DNA from: Longimicrobiales bacterium
GTDB taxonomy: Bacteria; Gemmatimonadota; Gemmatimonadetes; Longimicrobiales; Gaopeijiaceae
DNA: 64,000 bases
Assembly: GCA_965249725.1 (NCBI GenBank)
Contig: CBDFMQ010000001.1
Location: 347,723 to 411,722 of the forward strand
Direction: 5' to 3'
Shown: piece after piece, positions 59,031 to 64,000 of the stretch
Layout: each line of letters starts with the position of its first letter
How positions within the stretch are numbered: position 1 is the stretch's first letter
Position numbers and translations under genes: made by a program
The notes under the pieces: generated by a model
Told to the model about the DNA's origin: nothing
The model's database searches: none
Seen by the model: the letters and a program-made list of their open reading frames with translations, nothing else

Positions 59031-62000
59031 TCAGAAGGGGATCGACATTCGCGCCAGCACCGCTAGATCAGCCGGACCCATGCTGTTCTCCCGCCTCATG
59101 GCTTCCAATTCCAACATCAATGACAGCGCCAGCTGCGAGCGTGGAGGCAGGCTCCAAGCGGTCCCCCAGGCCAGCTCCCGGCCCTGTCCGGCCCATCGCA
59201 GCCGGCCATAGGGCGTCATCAGCAGACCCGGTAAGCCCAGCATCTTCAGGCCGCCGTAGGCCACCTCACCTTCCATCCGGCTCTGGGGGCTCATTCCCAT
59301 TGCACCCATCCCCGGCGGGCGAATGACCCTATTAGCGTTGTTCCACAGCGTCGTTCGGCCGCCTCCATCCTGGCCCCGCGTGGAGGTCACCGACACCCGG
59401 AACCCGCGCTGCTTCTCGCCTGGGTCCCAGCTTGCCTGTACCCCCAATCCCCAGTCCCGGTAGTCGCTTTCATGCACCACCAGCACTCGGCCGAGCATGA
59501 CCACGTCCAGTCCACTGTTCGCATCCAGATACCCCAGACGGAATCCTGTTTCCGCGCCGCTGCCCCGTTCCGCATCACCCCCGTCGAAACGCCCGCCGGC
59601 CTCCGCCTTCAGGCTCAGGGATCGCCCCGCTGACAGCTGCTTGGTGTGCACCCACTCCAGCATCAACCGCGCCCGGTGGGCCTCGCCTCGCACCTTCGCG
59701 ATGTCTTCGGAGGCTTCGGTCTCCAGTTGCGCCGAGAAGGCGTCCGCCCGCAGCCCCACCTCATTGCTGCCTCGCCTGGATAGCACCGACCTCAATCCTC
59801 CCGAGAACATCCGAAAGTCGGCCTCGAAGTTGTGACTCCTCCCCGGCTCGTTGACGTCCAATCGCCCTCGTCCCAAGCCGCCAATGCCCCACACGCCCAC
59901 CCGTTCCGTCGGTTGCCAGTACAGATAGGGATGAAAGGTGTTCATGCGACTCCCCAACACCCCATCGATCCCATCGTCGCTGTAATCCATGTTCCCCCAG
60001 CTGCGCATGGACGACAGCCCGGCCAGCACCTTGTCGTTGGCATAGAGGTCTAGACCTACATGGGCGGCCTCGAGACCTCCTCGATAGATCATCCCGAGCC
60101 GCGTCAAGTTCCCGTTGAAGCGCGTCAGGTCCCCCTGCCCCCACAACGCTGGCACCCAGCTCCTGCTCGTCCCCTTCTGCTGTCCTGCCAAGGGCAGCTC
60201 CAAGGATACTCCCGCAAGGTTGAACTCTCGATTCCTCCTCCCCGAGTACTCGCCCGATCCCGATCTCAGCGACGAGTCCCTGGTCCCCGAACCCTGGAAT
60301 CGATTCTGACCGTAACCTGGCTGCCCTCCCAACCCGACAGTCGGGCCAGTCCCACTCGGCCCCATGCCGGAGCCGGTCGAGACGTCCGCATAGCCCTGGC
60401 CGTAGCCGAACAGGCCCGCCAATCCACCCAGCGAGACGTTCTGCAGCCACGCTCCCTGCACGCCACTTTCCCGGTCTCCCGACTCCCCACTCGATCCCAT
60501 CGCTGCTCGGGCCCCGGCCGCGCCCCCAGCGCTCGGCACTACCGGGCCTTCGGCTCTTCTCCTGCCGGCGCCCTCGAGGCTCTCGCTGTCTATCCGCTGC
60601 GATTCTCCCTCACCCAGACCCGTGGCGCTATTGTCGCTTCCCGGCTGCGCTGTCGGCACCGCTCCTCCGGCTGCCCCCAGCCGACTCCACTGCCGATACC
60701 GCTCAAAGCGACCCTCGATGGCCGTCTGCGCGCTCTCCCCCATCGTGCGCGCGATCACCGCCAACATCACCTCCAGCGTTTGTGAGAACTGCTCCGCCGT
60801 CCGCTGCTGCCTGAACTGCACCTGCGTCGAGGAAGGATCGCCCGCACTCACCGCCTCCGGTAACTCTCCAAAGCTCAGTACAACCCCCTCCCCAGGATCG
60901 TTCACTTCATCCGCCAGCACCTCGACGGAAATCGTCCCCTCACTCTCGCCTTCCTCAAATATCACCTTCGCCGGCACTCCACTGTAGTCCTCGTCAGTGG
61001 CCCCTCCTGTAGGCGCCACCACCAGCGGTACTTCCACCCGCCGATCCGCCGTCGGCGCCACCTTCACCTCGATGTCGGCCTGCTGGCCTTCCCTAATCTG
61101 GTACTCCGCCTGCCCAAAGCTCACCTTCAGCTCCACCAGTCCTTTGTCCTCCAGCGTCACTGTCGCCACGCCCGGCTCCCCTGCCAGTACTATCTCCGGC
61201 AGTTCCCCAAATCCCAGCTCCACCGTCTCGTCGTCCCCATCCCCGTCATGGTTGGCCTCTATCGTGAACGTCTGCTCCGTTTCCTCGGCCGGGAACGTCA
61301 GCCTGCCGGTGCCCTCCTGGGCATCCCACTCCTCCAAACCATCTAGGGTATAGTCGGCGACTTCCGTCACCTCCGGCCGCGTCACCCGGATCGGGATCGC
61401 CAGCTCTTCGTCCCAGCCCTGGCTCAGCTTCAGCGTCACCGCCACCGTCTCCCCACCTTCCCTCGCCGTGTAGCTCTCCTCCTGATAGCTCACCACCAGC
61501 TTCGTCTCCACTTCGAAGGCCGCCGCCGCCGGGTTGCCGTTGCCGGCCACGTCCTCGGCCACGTTCGCGGGGACCTCAACCCTCACTTCACCGATCCCTT
61601 CGGGCATGATCGTCACCGTGTACTCCTGCGGCGAGACTTTGTTAAAGTTCGAAGCCGCTCCATTGGTGACTCGGATATCTTCAAGCTCAAAGCCTTCCAC
61701 CGGCTCCGAGAAAGCGATCGTCACCTCGAACCCCGCAATTCCCATCGGCCCCGTCGGCCCTTCGATCGTTATCTCTGGCCGATCCAGATCCGCCTCGATC
61801 ACCAGAGGCTCCGCCGCCCAGTTGCCGTTGCCGGCTACGTCCTCGGCCACGTGCGATCCCACCTCCACCCTGACCTCACCTGTTTCTTCTGGCGTGATCG
61901 TCGCTGTGTAAGTCCGTGAGGACACCCTGTTGAAATCCGATGCCGTCCCGTTGCTGACCTCGATATCTTCCAGTTCAAAGCCTTCCACCGGCTCCGAGAA

Positions 62001-63918
62001 GGCGATCGTCACCTCGAACCCCGCAATTCCCATCGGCCCCGTCGGCCCTTCGATCGTTATCTCTGGCCGATCCAGATCCGCCTCGATCACCAGAGGCTCC
62101 GCCGCCCAGTTGCCGTTGCCGGCTACGTCCTCGGCCACGTGCGATCCCACCTCCACCCTGACCTCACCTGTTTCTTCTGGCGTGATCGTCGCTGTGTAAG
62201 TCCGTGAGGACACCCTGTTGAAATCCGATGCCGTCCCGTTGCTGACCTCGATATCTTCCAGTTCAAAGCCTTCCACCGGCTCCGAGAAGGCGATCGTCAC
62301 CTCGAACCCCGCAATTCCCATCGGCCCCGTCGGCCCTTCGATCGTTACCTCTGGCCGATCCAGATCCGCCTCGATCACCAACGGCGCGCTCGGCATATTG
62401 CCGTTGCCGACCCCGTACTCGGCCACATTCGCCCCAACCTTCACGATCACTTCACCGTTCTCCGAGGGAGTGATCTCTGCCTTATAGGTCGGCGCCGACC
62501 CACTGAAGTCGGTCACCGAACCATTCGTCACCGCGATCTCGCTCCGCTCGAAACCCATTACCGCCTCGCTAAAGATGATCATCACCTCGAACACTCCGCC
62601 CACCGGAGCTGACACCTGCGTCTGAATCGCGACCGTCACTACCTTTTCGTTGTCGGCCTCGGTCGTCGTGACTGGATCGATATCAAGTGGGTAATAGTCC
62701 TCGCCGTTGGTTACCGAGGTGTGACTGAAGATCGCGACGCCGTCCACCTCGTCGGCGTCGTCCTCGGCCGCCGAGACCGTCACCGTCTGCTCCGTATTCC
62801 AGTTCGAGTCCGTGAAGAGCAACGTAACCGAATTAAAGTCCGTATCCATATCCGTTACCGAGGTCACCGTCAGGTCGGCGTCACTCAGTTGGTCCGTGGT
62901 CGCCTCGACCGTGACATCTTCCTCTGGCTGGGTGCCGAGCCTCACCGTGTAGCTCGCCGAGCCGCCTTCCGGCACCGACAGTGCCGTCGGCGAGACGATC
63001 ACGCCGATCGTGTCATTGTCATCCTCGGTTGTCCTGACGGCGGGGGCCGGAATGCCGTGATAGACGGTGCCGGGGCTGGCCGCACTATGGTGCATCGCGG
63101 CGACGCCGTGCTCGCCGTCGTCGTCCTCGACCGCCGAGACCGTCACCGTCTGCTCCGTATTCCAGTTCGAGTTCGTGAAGGTCAACGTAGCCGGGCTGGC
63201 CGTCAGATCCTCGTCGCCCGAGACCGACCGCGTCACCGTGATCGTGACATCATCCGTCGGCTGGGTCTCGAGCATCACCGTGTAGCTCGCCGAGCCGCCT
63301 TCCGGCACCGACAGTGTCGTCTCCGAAACCATTACGCCAGGCGGATCGTTGTCGCTCTCGGTTGCTGTGACGCCGGGGGCCGGAAGCCCGTGATAGACGG
63401 TGCCGGGGCCGGCCACAGCATGCGTAAACAGGGCGGTGCCGTTCTCGCTGTCGGCGTCCTCGGCCGCCGAGACCGTCACCGTCTGCTCCGTATTCCAGTT
63501 CGAGTTCGTGAAGGTCAACGTAGCCGGGCTCGCCGTCAGATTCTCGTCGTCCCCGGACGACCGCATCACCGTGATCGTGACATCGGCCATCGGCTGAGTG
63601 TCGAGCACCACCGTGTAGCTCGCCGAACCGCCTTCGGGCACCGACAGGTCGTCCGTCGCCGAAACCGTCACCCCGGGGGGCGGGTCCACCTTCGGAAACA
63701 CGATCGTCGCCGTGCCGTCGTTGCTGCCGCGGTCGTAGACCGTCACCGTCGATGTCTGCGTGCTGGCGTTGACCGCCGGCGGCGTGCCGCTGATCTCCCC
63801 CGTCGTCCGATCTATAGTAAATCCATTCGGCAGAGCGGAAGCCACGTAGTAATCAATGTCCGAGGAGGCCGTGGTCGGAGTCAACGTGATCTGCTCCCCC
63901 ACCTGCAATCGAGCCGGC
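59031..63918 (-). CDS. Large autotransporter-like adhesin (putative Ig, Calx-beta-like and Ig-like repeats, C-terminal beta-barrel), 5'-truncated by IS
   Basis: More than 1625 aa; LP.G..ID.TTGEISGTP; 3x VPEGGSASYTV.L.TQP...LTFT..NWN; 4x F.V.I.FSE.V.GF...D.AGN; amphipathic beta C-terminus ending in Phe; no signal peptide. Confidence 0.85.
61691..62380 (-). repeat. 288-bp (96-aa) near-identical tandem domain repeats, about 2.4 copies
   Basis: EADLDRPEITIEGPTGPMGIAGFEVTIAFSEPVEGFELEDI recurs at a 288-nt offset with near-identical DNA. Confidence 0.92.
62740..63670 (-). repeat. About 333-bp (111-aa) Calx-beta-like domain repeats x3
   Basis: gccgagaccgtcaccgtctgctccgtattccagttcgag recurs three times; two copies are offset by 333 nt. 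Confidence 0.85.
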
Positions 63919-64000
63919 TGACCTGCCCCAAGAGTGGTACCACATCCTATGTTAGTCCCAGCACCTGTGGAGGGCCGTGAAGGACGGGCATCCTCAGGAA
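63919..64000 (-). mobile_element. Right end of a further copy of the 56633-57901 IS3 element (runs off the window)
   Basis: tgacctgccccaagagtggtaccacatcctatgttagtcccagcacctgtggaggg is the reverse complement of the 57901 end, with one fewer C in a homopolymer. Confidence 0.92.

Noticed and set aside
1..64000. tRNA, rRNA or riboswitch genes
   Set aside because: No cloverleaf or rRNA-like segment recognised by eye; intergenic gaps are mostly short; a covariance-model scan would be needed to exclude them

Overview
High-GC bacterial window with three zones. (1) 1-14.9 kb: an intact S10-spc-alpha ribosomal protein cluster (rplW to rplQ with secY, adk, map, rpoA) plus rpmB. infA is absent, several r-proteins carry long acidic Ala/Glu extensions, and a tandem hairpin array sits between rpsM and rpsK. 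(2) 15-50 kb: hemD, then a large surface-glycan locus: ligase/polymerase-like membrane proteins, a WecA-like transferase, six glycosyltransferases, three methyltransferases, two AsnB-like amidotransferases, WbpA/B/D/E-like enzymes, a PglK-like ABC flippase, RmlA/B, Ugd and several SDRs. The locus shows decay (frameshifts, an internal deletion, and an IS-associated deletion joining pglF/capD to a cysC tail). It also holds two tandem paralogous genes for coiled-coil rods with 17 versus 5 RFDAMD heptads, the most unusual element found. (3) 50-64 kb: TPR proteins, an amidohydrolase, a dense nest of IS3, IS481, IS21, IS1 and IS1595 remnants, and a 5'-truncated giant Ig/Calx-beta adhesin with a C-terminal beta-barrel. 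All family assignments come from motif recognition, not database searches. No tRNA, rRNA or CRISPR array was seen.
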